Shown here one piece after another: positions 9,001 through 16,441 of a DNA stretch of 64,000 bases (positions within the stretch are counted from its first letter, which is position 1; the number at the start of each line of letters is the position of its first letter). Origin of the DNA: Halarcobacter sp. GTDB lineage: Bacteria; Campylobacterota; Campylobacteria; Campylobacterales; Arcobacteraceae. Position numbers and translations under genes: made by a program. The notes under the pieces were generated by a model that was not told the DNA's origin, ran no database searches, and was given only the letters and a program-made list of their open reading frames with translations. The stretch is from assembly GCA_963676565.1 (NCBI GenBank), contig OY781089.1, forward strand, positions 256,001 to 320,000. Reading direction: 5' to 3'.

Positions 9001-11869
9001 TTGAGAAGTCAGCTTCTGATGAGTTCGCGCTTACATTATCTGCTGGATTCGCTTGTGCTCCTGCACTCTCATCTACTGTTAATGATATATTTGTAACTTT
9101 TGCGGCATCTACTGCTGCATCATTTAAATCTGCACTTGGTCCATCATCTTTTATATTAAATACACCTACATCTACACTTGTATCACTTGATGCTAATGCT
9201 ACTGTTGCTGTATCTGTATCTCCATCTGCATCTGTTACTGTTTGTGTTAAGTTTATTGATACATCTTCATTATTTAGTTGTCCTAATACTAAGCTCTCTG
9301 TATCATTATCACTTGTTGTATCTGAATGCCATACATTCTTTGTTTGTGTAAATGTTACTGTTGATCCTGTATTACTAATTGTAAAGTATGTTGTTGTTCC
9401 TACTTTACCAACTATCAATCCATTCTCTTCACTTAATAAAATCTCTGCACCTTTTGCGCCATTCACACCTAATGCATATAATCCTGATGCTACCCCTGAT
9501 ACTGTTGTTCCTGTTGCATTTGTTAAGCTTAGTGAGTAACTTGTACTTCCTGCTCCATCTGTTCCATATACTTCTGATGCTGTTACTCCACCTACTCCTA
9601 CTACTTTAAATAAGCTTGAGAAGTCAGCTTCTGATGAGTTCGCGCTTACATTATCTGCTGGATTCGCTTGTGCTCCTGCACTCTCATCTACTGTTAATGA
9701 TATATTTGTAACTTTTGCGGCATCTACTGCTGCATCATTTAAATCTGCACTTGGTCCATCATCTAAGAATCTAATATCTAAAGACTGTTCACTTGTTGCA
9801 GAAACAGTATCTTTATCTGCATCAGTTATTGTTAATTTTACTTTAATTAAATCATCTAAATTTAAAGGTGTCTCTTCATGATCTAAAATACCATCATTAT
9901 TTACATCTGCATTTACATCTGCATCATCAGAATGTTCCATAGCCTGGTATTGAGTAACTGTAACTTCACCAGTAGCACTATTAATTGAAATTGTAAATAC
10001 AGGATTTGTAGTTGTATCTCCATCAACATACCCAGAAAAAGATCCATCATTATTCTCTTTTAATAAGATTTCAGTAGTATCTCCAGTTAAATACAATCCT
10101 GTGCTAACTCCATCAGTCGCTGCTAGGCTATATTCTTCTGTTACACTACCTGTATCATCAGCACCTATAGAATAAGTAAATAAACCAGATATTGCACTTG
10201 CTGAAATTGTTGCACTTGTTTGTCCTACAATACCAGTATCAAAATCAGATTCATCAAGCTTAACTAATAAATCACTTTGATTATTCTTTATAGTTGGTAC
10301 ATCATCTTCAAATTGAAGAGCATTACTAATATCAACATTAGCCACTCCTGTAGCAGTATCTTCATCACTATCAGTAACTACTGCCGTTGCATATAAAACT
10401 ACATTTCCATCAGCTAATCCAATAATCTCATCAGTACCACCTACAATATTATCTGGAGCATTATGATCTATCTCTTCATATTGAGTTAAACTAACTTCAC
10501 CTGAAACCTCATCAACACTTACTTTGAATACTTCTATGCCAGAAGTTGTTGTACCTATAATATCTCCATTAGAATCTACTGATACTGTAATTGATTCACC
10601 AGCATGTGTTAAACCAGTAGTTGCAGTTTTAACTGCTAAAGTATAAGTAATTGTACTGCTTGCAGAAGCATCATTATCAGCTCCAATACTTACATTACTA
10701 ATATCAAAAAGAGTTGAGAAAGAAGCTTTTGCAGTACTTTCATTAGATCCAATTGTTTCTTCATCTAAAGTTGTTAATGTTGGGATATTTTCTTCATTAT
10801 ACTGAATATCTGCACTTGGAGTGTCATCAACAATATTAAGATTTAACTCTGCATCAGCAATATCACCATCATTATCTCTTACAGAAATAGCAATTGTTGA
10901 AGAAGGCAAAATACTTGAACTATTGTTAGAAGCATCTCCATCATCTAATTCTCCATCATGATTTATATTATCTAATAAAGTGTACTCATATTGAACTTCA
11001 TACAAATTTGTAGATATTTGAGTGAAGCCTGTAATTACAATTTCTCCTTCTCCGACATTAATTGCATTTGAAGGAGTAGTATTTGTTGCAAGTAACTCAG
11101 TTAATGTAAAATTTACACCAGCAACAGTTACCAAAGATATCCCATCTGGAGAATCGATTGAAAAACTACCATTGTAAATATCGCTATTATCAGATGAACT
11201 TAAAAGTCCAGATTCATAAACAGTTCCAGCATCTCCAATAATCAATACGGGAGAAAGATCACCCTCTGCGGCATCAACTTCTCCACTAGGGTTTGCTGGA
11301 TCAAAAGTTGTACCTCTTCCTCTTCCAACTACACTATTTACTTGTCCAGATGGATCAATAGGGTCATTTGTTAGACCTCCTGTATCACCAACTTCACCTC
11401 CAGCTGCTGCAGCATCTAATTGTTCTGCTAAAGCACCGAAACCATCAATAACAATACCATCAAGAAAAGTAGGATCAGGATTATTCGTATCAGCTAATAA
11501 TTCTTTTAATTGGCTAATAACATTATCACCTTCAAAGTCATAATTTAAGGCAGTTTCATTAAGTTCTTTAAGACCATCTTCGTCATTCATAATACCAAGA
11601 ACAGTTTTTTCTTTTTCATTAGCAATGCCATCAGAGGCCTTGATGAAATCTGCCATATTTTCTAAAACTATAACAATTCTTTCACCATTACCAGCAAAAA
11701 CAAGTTCAATAGTACTTTCACCATCTTTTAGATCTAAAGTATATTGTCTGCTTCCATCTGAGTTATCAAAGTAAAACTGTTGTCCAGCACTAGGAGAGAA
11801 GGTCGTATTCTCTGAAATCTCTTTCGTTTCAACTAGACCATTTGGATTTTTTATTATTAACTTAATCAT
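1..11869 (-). CDS. Giant T1SS-secreted adhesin (LapA/RTX-adhesin-like) with five vWA domains and many Ca-binding Ig-like repeats; runs off the left edge (>3950 aa)
   Basis: ATG at 11869 with AAGGA upstream; hand translation starts MIKLIIKNPNGLVETKEISE and the same frame reads open at position 1-100 (spot-checked, not every codon). D/T/S/G-rich. vWA MIDAS motifs L(V/L)FTLDVS(G/S)SM at about 360, 2720, 4220, 6500 and 8000. Recurrent DGD, DFGxDG and DDxP motifs. Lies directly downstream of a T1SS operon. Confidence 0.92.
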   Translation of the reverse strand, partial: MIKLIIKNPNGLVETKEISENTTFSPSAGQQFYFDNSDGSRQYTLDLKDGESTIELVFAGNGERIVIVLENMADFIKASDGIANEKEKTVLGIMNDEDGLKELNETALNYDFEGDNVISQLKELLADTNNPDPTFLDGIVIDGFGALAEQLDAAAAGGEVGDTGGLTNDPIDPSGQVNSVVGRGRGTTFDPANPSGEVDAAEGDLSPVLIIGDAGTVYESGLLSSSDNSDIYNGSFSIDSPDGISLVTVAGVNFTLTELLATNTTPSNAINVGEGEIVITGFTQISTNLYEVQYEYTLLDNINHDGELDDGDASNNSSSILPSSTIAISVRDNDGDIADAELNLNIVDDTPSADIQYNEENIPTLTTLDEETIGSNESTAKASFSTLFDISNVSIGADNDASASSTITYTLAVKTATTGLTHAGESITVSVDSNGDIIGTTTSGIEVFKVSVDEVSGEVSLTQYEEIDHNAPDNIVGGTDEIIGLADGNVVLYATAVVTDSDEDTATGVANVDISNALQFEDDVPTIKNNQSDLLVKLDESDFDTGIVGQTSATISASAISGLFTYSIGADDTGSVTEEYSLAATDGVSTGLYLTGDTTEILLKENNDGSFSGYVDGDTTTNPVFTISINSATGEVTVTQYQAMEHSDDADVNADVNNDGILDHEETPLNLDDLIKVKLTITDADKDTVSATSEQSLDIRFLDDGPSADLNDAAVDAAKVTNISLTVDESAGAQANPADNVSANSSEADFSSLFKVVGVGGVTASEVYGTDGAGSTSYSLSLTNATGTTVSGVASGLYALGVNGAKGAEILLSEENGLIVGKVGTTTYFTISNTGSTVTFTQTKNVWHSDTTSDNDTESLVLGQLNNEDVSINLTQTVTDADGDTDTATVALASSDTSVDVGVFNIKDDGPSADLNDAAVDAAKVTNISLTVDESAGAQANPADNVSANSSEADFSSLFKVVGVGGVTASEVYGTDGAGSTSYSLSLTDATGTTVSGVASGLYALGVNGAKGAEILLSEENGEIVGKVGTTTYFTISNTGSTVTFTQTKNVWHSDTTSDNDTESLVLGQLNNEDVSINLTQTVTDADGDTDTATVALASSDTSVDVGVFNIKDDGPSAGLNDLVKLDDDTMPNGNAGGIEDDIDSSNATGTLNFDFGTDGAGSVELTGIDSNSYGLTATPNADGSLLSIYQDQGGANPVLVATITVDSATGDYTVTQEAPISHPTLDGLVGDDTENNVNFAITYDVKDADGDKVSGSLNINIDDDTPEANDTETTIDLNPEAVNLVFTLDVSGSMGNDVAGTSQTRLEIAIEAMEQVVADYQAQGRDVLIQVNTFSTSADSAENGKWMTASELSAFLNTLNDNGWTNYEDALAVTQTAYESSTVPTGTTYAYFISDGYPTVEMDDSTSTVGDVTDGNDQDGIDGATADTGYIDAARLDAWNAFVSNPANNIEEVFAVGIGTNVNESYLEQVSSDVTIVDDPADLVSTLQGTVVYETGSLDFSFGADGAADGTGTKQDGDKLAFTWETPTAKDSNGNDITNVTWVVSADGTLITGTNSNGEVVVKIEATDIYTNSPKYVVTQLDKESGIESLKVPYTITDGDGDSVTANLEIDVIIPVDDIPTITVEDALVDEDALPSINTTDTDGYNNVYTETKALTFDFGDDGAGSIQFTGNQTTSITAEGLDITLEYSNNNQTITGVDENGTPIFTISLDPANSEYTFTLHENVDHQQMNVEDLLSDLSLEVEIIDGNGTRATDTITIEIADDIASANNTNVSIDTTLEPINLVFTLDVSGSMGNGSGSKLEKAINAIKDLVSEYENQGRDVNVQINTFSSEVNSTSGWFDSADLNSKLNLTATGLTNYEDALYETQQHYTTPVEGDTYIYFLSDGVPTTELDDRTVDPDDTTGSYNLDNVDDNPYTFLNNEDTYLDQARVDAWDAFVSDPANNIQGVYAVGIEMTDDTYLKQISSDTTIVDSDDLSTQLLSTMINKSGDLDFSFGADGAADGTGIKLDDNKLAFEWQTPTAKDADGNDVSVDWTVSSDGQTIVGKINGDVVIKVEAKDITTDPKYEITQLDKNSGIDDLVMPFTVTDGDGDSASANLNIGIDDKPTIDPNPDLNDPSSIVYEKGLDDSSDDSEKDTGVFKITSPDGITKVEIGGTTFTKAELLDTNNTNSSPIDTVKGTLIITGYDENTGLVSYEYTLKDNLDHPTNNNEIKDEISLKIVDPDGDDATGTLTVTIVDDVPVANADVRSMNEKTDTLSGNVYGNGQTGDVADDIGADSDDAPVYVTGVAKGNDTTNPVSGNVGSSFDGEYGKITLNSDGSYTYDLDNADSRVLALDDGQTLTEEFTYTITDSDGDTSTTTLTITIDGKTDNEPPVVTDASVRVSDEGLSGGLKDTTGENAGDDTTNKVVQTGSVASDPDGDALTVKLTAPTSTLTSEGKTVEWSGEDTDTLVGKINNGTTSNPDWQEVIKIEVDSNGDYTVTQLNQIDHPTNSVEDVVGFDVGVYVKDAKGATDTGTLNVVVEDDMPEANDTETTIDLNPEAVNLVFTLDVSGSMGNDVAGTSQTRLEIAIEAMEQVVADYQAQGRDVLIQVNTFSTSADSAENGKWMTASELSAFLNTLNDNGWTNYEDALAVTQTAYESSTVPTGTTYAYFISDGYPTVEMDDSTSTVGDVTDGNDQDGIDGATADTGYIDAARLDAWNAFVSNPANNIEEVFAVGIGTNVNESYLEQVSSDVTIVDDPADLVSTLQGTVVYETGSLDFSFGADGAADGTGTKQDGDKLAFTWETPTAKDSNGNDITNVTWVVSADGTLITGTNSNGEVVVKIEATDIYTNSPKYVVTQLDKESGIESLKVPYTITDGDGDSVTANLEIDVIIPVDDIPTITVEDALVDEDALPSINTTDTDGYNNVYTETKALTFDFGDDGAGSIQFTGNQTTSITAEGLDITLEYSNNNQTITGVDENGTPIFTISLDPANSEYTFTLHENVDHQQMNVEDLLSDLSLEVEIIDGNGTKATDTITIEIADDIASANDVSKTVEVDSKPVNLVFTLDVSSSMDNDVAGTSKTRLEIAKESIEDLISEYESQGRDVLIQINTFSTTAFGNGTWMSASEVTTYLTNLSDGGWTNYEDALQETVGSYSVSPNGGDTYVYFLSDGYPTVEMNDSTTYNPNDYTSGNHVDGFEDHDGTPYVDSPTLNTWNTFVNDSSNNIAGVYSVGIGTNVSTTYLSLVSSNVLEVDNPADLSATLQGTVVNASGTFDFSFGADGAADGTGVKLDGDKEAFNWGDENLSDGFDEIIVSGSVGTVTWSYANDGVSDDLTTLIGKNSLGETIIKLTATGLDTATPGYTISQLDKDSGIETLTIPYTVTDGDGDSATANLNITINTPIDTNVITCEDISYTFTLDDFDSDATTVRIDSLPVLGTILLNGVAIAAPIEISSTDIDDGKLTFLPDLHQSGRDEYHDAGTGDQQNDYAQFNFSISTDNTATWTSTSSVMTIDVSPVADAPTLSVLGSTENTTTIDLTNVNDTSGGYTVKAYYHYDNDGDGELDEAPISIVTGTTHDGFGVQSTVPSGENPGNDTEINYHPGEGSEVIAIEFENALTSVDVSYAWKHSYDNGDGDGEVAIVDFYKDGVKIGSQEHYDAAQTDTIDGPYTFALPNGGSFDEIRISAKQEGDDFLIHDVRFTELVSSQTELTIESGNDAYFAISSELVDLDGSESFKSIIVDNLPEGFTISDGAHTFTATAALDYVDVKSWDMDAIKVSVPDGITPDEYVLTITAKSEESLNGEITPADPDNCPLEAQISSEFKLIVPDSLPVSYDETNSLVFGDATTNLLFTLDVSGSMNDGVKDSNDNWTTRFEIAKASVISTIQAYAANGETEVNLTLFNSCSANFGWMSTSQAIAFLNDLSMNNHDDLVYSGSNYTFAHLVSHDLSEHATNYYLGLEKTMDVDFNGHDAD
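2774..4285. repeat. 1512-bp intragenic direct repeat, copy 1 (Ig-like + vWA module)
   Basis: Matches 6560..8071 at offset 3786. The ORF track shows identical shadow ORFs at both places. One substitution seen (2826 T vs 6612 C). Confidence 0.95.
6560..8071. repeat. 1512-bp intragenic direct repeat, copy 2
   Basis: Near-identical to 2774..4285. Confidence 0.95.
8515..9764. repeat. Tandem 615-bp (205-aa) repeat, two copies plus a partial third start; DUF5801-like units
   Basis: ctgcacttggtccatcatc recurs at 8515, 9130 and 9745. The copies differ by only a few substitutions. Units read DDGPSA...LTVDES. Confidence 0.93.
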
Positions 11870-11913
11870 GACTTTTCCTTTAAGTATTTTTTTATACTAT
11901 ATTTTATTAAAAA

Positions 11914-11933
11914 AAAGTCTCTATAAAGTCTCT
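11914..11933. promoter_or_regulatory. Direct repeat AAAGTCTCT-N2-AAAGTCTCT upstream of the adhesin; candidate OmpR-family site
   Basis: Two exact 9-mers with an 11-bp period, about 45-65 bp upstream of the adhesin ATG. Confidence 0.5.
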
Positions 11934-11972
11934 TAAAATGAATTGTTTTATTTTTTTGAATAATTGAAGAAA

Positions 11973-12770
11973 TTACTTATTAGTGATTATTTTAAAAAGT
12001 GCCCCATCTTTTTTATTTTCTACCCAAAGTCTACCATTCATATTGTTTTCAATTATCAATTTTGACATAAATAGACCTATACCTGTACCGTTAATTTTTT
12101 CATAGGTAAAAAATGGTTTGAATATATCCTCAATAGGTTTTACTCTTACTCCTCCTGCATTATCTTCTATACAAATAATAACTTCATCTTCTGTTTCATC
12201 AATAGTTATAATTATCTTTGGATTTTTTATTTTTCTTTGGATTAGTATATCTTTTGCATTATTAATAATATTGATTAAAACCTGAGTATATTCATTTTTA
12301 TAACCATAAATAATTGGATTCTTTTTAACGATAATATCCAACATAATATTGTTATTCTTTAAGCAAGAACTTAAAATATTTAAAGAAGCATTTATTTGTG
12401 AAGATAGTTTAAACTCCTCTTTTTCTTTTGTTGTTGCGAAAAAATTTTTAAAGTCGTCAATAGTATTTGACATATATTTAGTTATTTCATTTAATTTAGT
12501 TATTGTTTCTTTTAACTCTTTTTTATCAATTTCTAAATCAAAATCTATTTTTGCTTGTATTGGGATAAATAATGAAGAGAGTTCCATTAGGGGCTGTCGC
12601 CATTGATGAGCGATATTATTAAGCATTTCTCCCATAGCTGCCATCTTATTTTGTTGGAACATGATTTTATCTTTTTGACGGTTTTTTTCAACCTCTAAAC
12701 TTATAAGTTTTTCAAGTTCTTTATTTTGTTCCTCTAATTCAAGAAATTCATCTAATTTTGTTTGTCTCAT
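11973..12770 (-). CDS. Cytoplasmic histidine kinase with no sensor domain
   Basis: H-box IAHQWRQP, N-box NIINNAKD, G-boxes DNAGG and GTGIGL. Only a short coiled coil precedes them; no TM segment. Confidence 0.9.
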   Translation of the reverse strand: MRQTKLDEFLELEEQNKELEKLISLEVEKNRQKDKIMFQQNKMAAMGEMLNNIAHQWRQPLMELSSLFIPIQAKIDFDLEIDKKELKETITKLNEITKYMSNTIDDFKNFFATTKEKEEFKLSSQINASLNILSSCLKNNNIMLDIIVKKNPIIYGYKNEYTQVLINIINNAKDILIQRKIKNPKIIITIDETEDEVIICIEDNAGGVRVKPIEDIFKPFFTYEKINGTGIGLFMSKLIIENNMNGRLWVENKKDGALFKIITNK

Positions 12771-12780
12771 GATAAATCAA

Positions 12781-12817
12781 TTAATCTTTAAGGGAGGGAG
12801 AACCCCTTAAAGATTAA
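12781..12817. terminator. 14-bp perfect inverted repeat between the WG-repeat gene and the kinase
   Basis: ttaatctttaaggg / cccttaaagattaa. Confidence 0.6.
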
Positions 12818-13578
12818 AAGTTTTCACCTCTTGAAAAAATAGACTCTGTAATCTCTTTTCCTTTAGAGTTTATATATGCTGTTTTTCCATTTAGAATTAC
12901 CTTTGCAAATCCTTTTGAAAAATTAAATGCATAATCATATTTTGGTTGAGCTAAAACATTACAAGATTCATCAATATAACCCCATTTACCATCTTTAACA
13001 GTTCTTGCAAAACCATCAACATAATTGTAAATTTCATCATATTCATCATTAATTTTAAGATTCATATCTTTTGTTATACAACCCCATTTTCCATTTGCAT
13101 TAGACTGTACAAAAGTAGCATCTGCAAAAAACTCTCTTGCTTTTCTAAATATAGGTTTTTGAACAACTTCAAATTTTTTATTCATATATCCATATTTATC
13201 ATCAACTTTAATAAGTGAAAATCCATTGAATAATTTTGAAATAGAGTCATAAATAGGTTTTACAACCATTTCATTTTTTCTATTTACAATTCCATATTTT
13301 CCATTATATTCAACTACAGTATACTCATCACCATAATAATTGTGTAACCAATGTAAGTTTAGAAGATTTGGATGTTTAGTTTTAATGTTTTTATTTTCTG
13401 CATCATCAAAACTCGACATTTCATCATAAATTGGTTTTATTACTACTTCACTATTATTTTCTAAAGTTCCATACTTACCATTTTCATTGATTATTGCTAA
13501 ACTATTTTCACTAGAATTAGAACATCCAGTAAAAACTAACAATAATATAGAACTTAAGAATAGTATTTTTTTTGCCAT
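12814..13578 (-). CDS. WG-repeat (KWG beta-repeat) lipoprotein
   Basis: Lipobox FTGC; repeated GKYG/GKWG...P(I/K)YD...F..GF units. Confidence 0.88.
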   Translation of the reverse strand: MAKKILFLSSILLLVFTGCSNSSENSLAIINENGKYGTLENNSEVVIKPIYDEMSSFDDAENKNIKTKHPNLLNLHWLHNYYGDEYTVVEYNGKYGIVNRKNEMVVKPIYDSISKLFNGFSLIKVDDKYGYMNKKFEVVQKPIFRKAREFFADATFVQSNANGKWGCITKDMNLKINDEYDEIYNYVDGFARTVKDGKWGYIDESCNVLAQPKYDYAFNFSKGFAKVILNGKTAYINSKGKEITESIFSRGENF

Positions 13579-13587
13579 AATTTATCC

Positions 13588-14934
13588 TTATTTATTTGGA
13601 TCTGTCTCAATTCTAAACTCAACTCTTCTTGATAATACATAGTTTTCAGTTCCATCTTCATTTAGAACAGATTCAGATGAAGATTTACCATCAGCCACAA
13701 AAGCTTTTTCAATAAATCCTTTATTTTCTACAACTGCATCATCAGTATTTCCTGTGATATATTTTAAAACTTTATCTGCTCTTTTTTGAGAAAGAACTCT
13801 ATTTTTTTCAAATTTTTCTTCAGCAGTTTTTGCTGTTCTATATCTAGATGAAGTGTGCCCTTCAACATGAACAGATGTAATTTCATTACTGTAATCTTTT
13901 AAGATATTCACATATCTTGGGAAGAAACTATTTAAAATCTCTTTATAGTTAGTAGATATTTTACTACTACCTCTTGTAAACATTAATGCTGGGTTTTTAA
14001 ATCTAAAAGTTAGAGTATCCTCATCAATTTCTGCATTCCACTGTTCAAAATCTGGTTCAAACTCTGCTTTTAAAGCATTGTATAAATCATTTAATACATG
14101 AATAGTTAAATCATCTTGGGCTTTACCTCTTTGTTTTGCTGAGTTAATAGCCATTGCCATTGCAGTATAATCACCATTTGCAATTTTTTCCTCAACTTGT
14201 GCACACCATCTATCTCCATTAATAACACCTTCAGTAATTGTCTCACCACCATCAAATGATAATTGAACTTGTCTTACATCAGCATCTAAAACATCACCAC
14301 AAATTTTTGGTGTATTATCGTTGATTACTTCATAATCATCCATAGTAATTAAGTTATAAAATTGTTCAGTAGGAGCTGCAACTTTTTCTGGTTCACTACA
14401 TTCTGCTTCAACATTTTCAGCTCTTAATAGTTTTGCAATTAAAACATCATTTGTTTTTGAAGCATAATGAAGTGGAGACATCTCATATTTATCTAATACA
14501 TCTCTTTTTGCACCATTACAAATTAATAGTTTAGACATATTTGTATATCCATTTCTTGTTGAATCTATTAATGGAGTATCTCCATATTTATCAACACTAT
14601 TAACATTTGCACCATTTTCAATAAGTTTTTCAGCAATATCAAAATGATTAAATCTTGAAGCTAAGTGTAAAGGTGTGTAACCAAACTTGTCTTTTTCGTT
14701 TAAATCAATTTTTTCATTAATAAAAAAATCAACTAATTTCATATCATTAATTCTAACAGCATCATGAATAGATGATTCTGTTAAGATATCCTTATGTTTT
14801 AAACTTGTAACGCTATCTCCATTAACAGTTGTACTAGATTTAGCTGGAACAGAAGTTGTAGAAACTTCTTTACTAGAACATCCACTTAAAACAATTAGTG
14901 TAGCAACACTAAAACCAATCAAATATTTTTTCAT
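13588..14934 (-). CDS. Lipoprotein with ankyrin repeats, an Ig-like domain and a C-terminal OmpA/MotB-like peptidoglycan-binding domain
   Basis: Lipobox LSGC; GYTPLHLA, GDTPL and SPLHYA ankyrin motifs; VEGHTS...NRVLSQKRA...SRRVEF. Confidence 0.88.
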   Translation of the reverse strand: MKKYLIGFSVATLIVLSGCSSKEVSTTSVPAKSSTTVNGDSVTSLKHKDILTESSIHDAVRINDMKLVDFFINEKIDLNEKDKFGYTPLHLASRFNHFDIAEKLIENGANVNSVDKYGDTPLIDSTRNGYTNMSKLLICNGAKRDVLDKYEMSPLHYASKTNDVLIAKLLRAENVEAECSEPEKVAAPTEQFYNLITMDDYEVINDNTPKICGDVLDADVRQVQLSFDGGETITEGVINGDRWCAQVEEKIANGDYTAMAMAINSAKQRGKAQDDLTIHVLNDLYNALKAEFEPDFEQWNAEIDEDTLTFRFKNPALMFTRGSSKISTNYKEILNSFFPRYVNILKDYSNEITSVHVEGHTSSRYRTAKTAEEKFEKNRVLSQKRADKVLKYITGNTDDAVVENKGFIEKAFVADGKSSSESVLNEDGTENYVLSRRVEFRIETDPNK

Positions 14935-14959
14935 TTTATTCTCCCTTTATTTATTTAAT

Positions 14960-16441
14960 TTATCTTTCATGTAACGAATCTTGTTTTACTTTTAAAATAG
15001 GTTTTAAAATAAAATCCAATATCGTCTTCTTACCAGTTACAATATCAACACTTGCAATCATCCCTGGAATAATTGGAAGTTTTCTTCCATTTCTTTCAAG
15101 GTAATTTTTATCTGTTTTTACAATAACCCGATAATAACTTTTATCTTCTTTTGAGTTTTCATCTACAATAGAATCAGCCGAGATTTCTACAATTTTACCA
15201 ACCAACCCACCATAAATTGAGAAATCGTATGCTGTAATTTTTACAATAGCCTTTTGACTAGGATTTATAAAAGCAATATCTCTTGGATCAATCTTAGCCT
15301 CCACAAGAAGAATATCACTTTGAGGAACTATCTCAACCAAGTCCATACCAGACTTTACAACACCACCAATAGTGTTAAAATTAAGCTGCTTTATAATTCC
15401 ATCAACAGGAGATAAGATTGAAGTTTTAGCAACCTTATCCTCTTCTCCGACTAATTTTGCTTCAAACTTATTTATCAAACTTGCAGTTTTTTGTAATTCA
15501 TCTGATGCTTGTGCCCTAAAAGAGTTTAATTTCTCTGATATCCTATTATTAGCTTCAGATATAGCCAGTTGGGATCTTCTTACTGACAATAAAGAAGCTT
15601 CTAATTCTGCACTTACATCAGTATACTCTTTTTCAATATTTAATAAATCATATTTAGACCTTACACCCCTTTGAACTAATTTTTGGATAGTTGCTTTTTG
15701 CTCTTTGATAAGTAAAAAGCTTTTTTTCAAGTTTTTGATTGTATTTCTAATCTCTTTTAATTCTTGTTTCTTTTGACCTAATTGAGTTTCTAAAACTCTA
15801 ACTGAAGATTTCAATTCTTTATATCTATTTTCCAATAAATTCTTTTCCAATCTATCATAACCAGAAGAGTCTTCCAAAACCTCTTTTGGGAAATTTATTT
15901 TAGGTAATTTTTTTCTAATATCTATTCTTGATTCTATTTCAAGCCTTTCTTTAACGGCTAACAAACTTATATACTCTTGTTTATTTTCTTCTAATGTCGC
16001 TTGAAATCTTGTAGTATCAATTTTCATAATAGGAGTTCCTTGCTTTACAATCTCTCCTTCTTTTACTAATATTTCTGAAATAATTCCACCATCTAAAGAT
16101 TGAACCCTTTGAATTTTATCAGAAGGGATTACCTTACCATTACCTCTAGCAAGTTCATCAACTTCTGCTAATGCAGCCCAGGTTATAGCCCCAATTATAA
16201 AAATAGAAATGAAAATAAATGCTAAATTGGAAAATTTACTTGGATTTTCATTTGCATGGGCATAATTAGAATATATAAATTCTAAATCCTCGTCCTCTTC
16301 ATCTTTTAAACCATATAATCTACCAAACCATCCAACTTTTTTCTTTGATTTCAATTTTTGTGAAGCTTCATTATAAGATTCATTGTAATCTTTATTAAAA
16401 GTTTTTAAGTTTTCTTGTAATAATGTTTCTTTATTTTCCAT
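14960..16441 (-). CDS. HlyD-family T1SS periplasmic adaptor (LapC-like)
   Basis: TM then GNGKVIPS...QSLDGGII; SPVDGII; C-terminal IIPGM...DIVTGKKTILDFILKPI...ER. Start is ATG 16441 or GTG 16450. Confidence 0.95.
   Translation of the reverse strand: MENKETLLQENLKTFNKDYNESYNEASQKLKSKKKVGWFGRLYGLKDEEDEDLEFIYSNYAHANENPSKFSNLAFIFISIFIIGAITWAALAEVDELARGNGKVIPSDKIQRVQSLDGGIISEILVKEGEIVKQGTPIMKIDTTRFQATLEENKQEYISLLAVKERLEIESRIDIRKKLPKINFPKEVLEDSSGYDRLEKNLLENRYKELKSSVRVLETQLGQKKQELKEIRNTIKNLKKSFLLIKEQKATIQKLVQRGVRSKYDLLNIEKEYTDVSAELEASLLSVRRSQLAISEANNRISEKLNSFRAQASDELQKTASLINKFEAKLVGEEDKVAKTSILSPVDGIIKQLNFNTIGGVVKSGMDLVEIVPQSDILLVEAKIDPRDIAFINPSQKAIVKITAYDFSIYGGLVGKIVEISADSIVDENSKEDKSYYRVIVKTDKNYLERNGRKLPIIPGMIASVDIVTGKKTILDFILKPILKVKQDSLHER

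Noticed and set aside
3081..9609. Plus-strand ORFs in the track (3081, 3577, 5646, 6118, 6867, 7363, 8355, 9388)
   Set aside because: They are antisense shadows of the giant minus-strand adhesin. Their S/V/L/H-rich composition and duplication simply mirror its repeats.
13588..14934. A complete Zorya defence system
   Set aside because: Only a ZorB-like periplasmic domain is present. There is no ZorA, no ZorB TM helix and no ZorC/D/E in the window.
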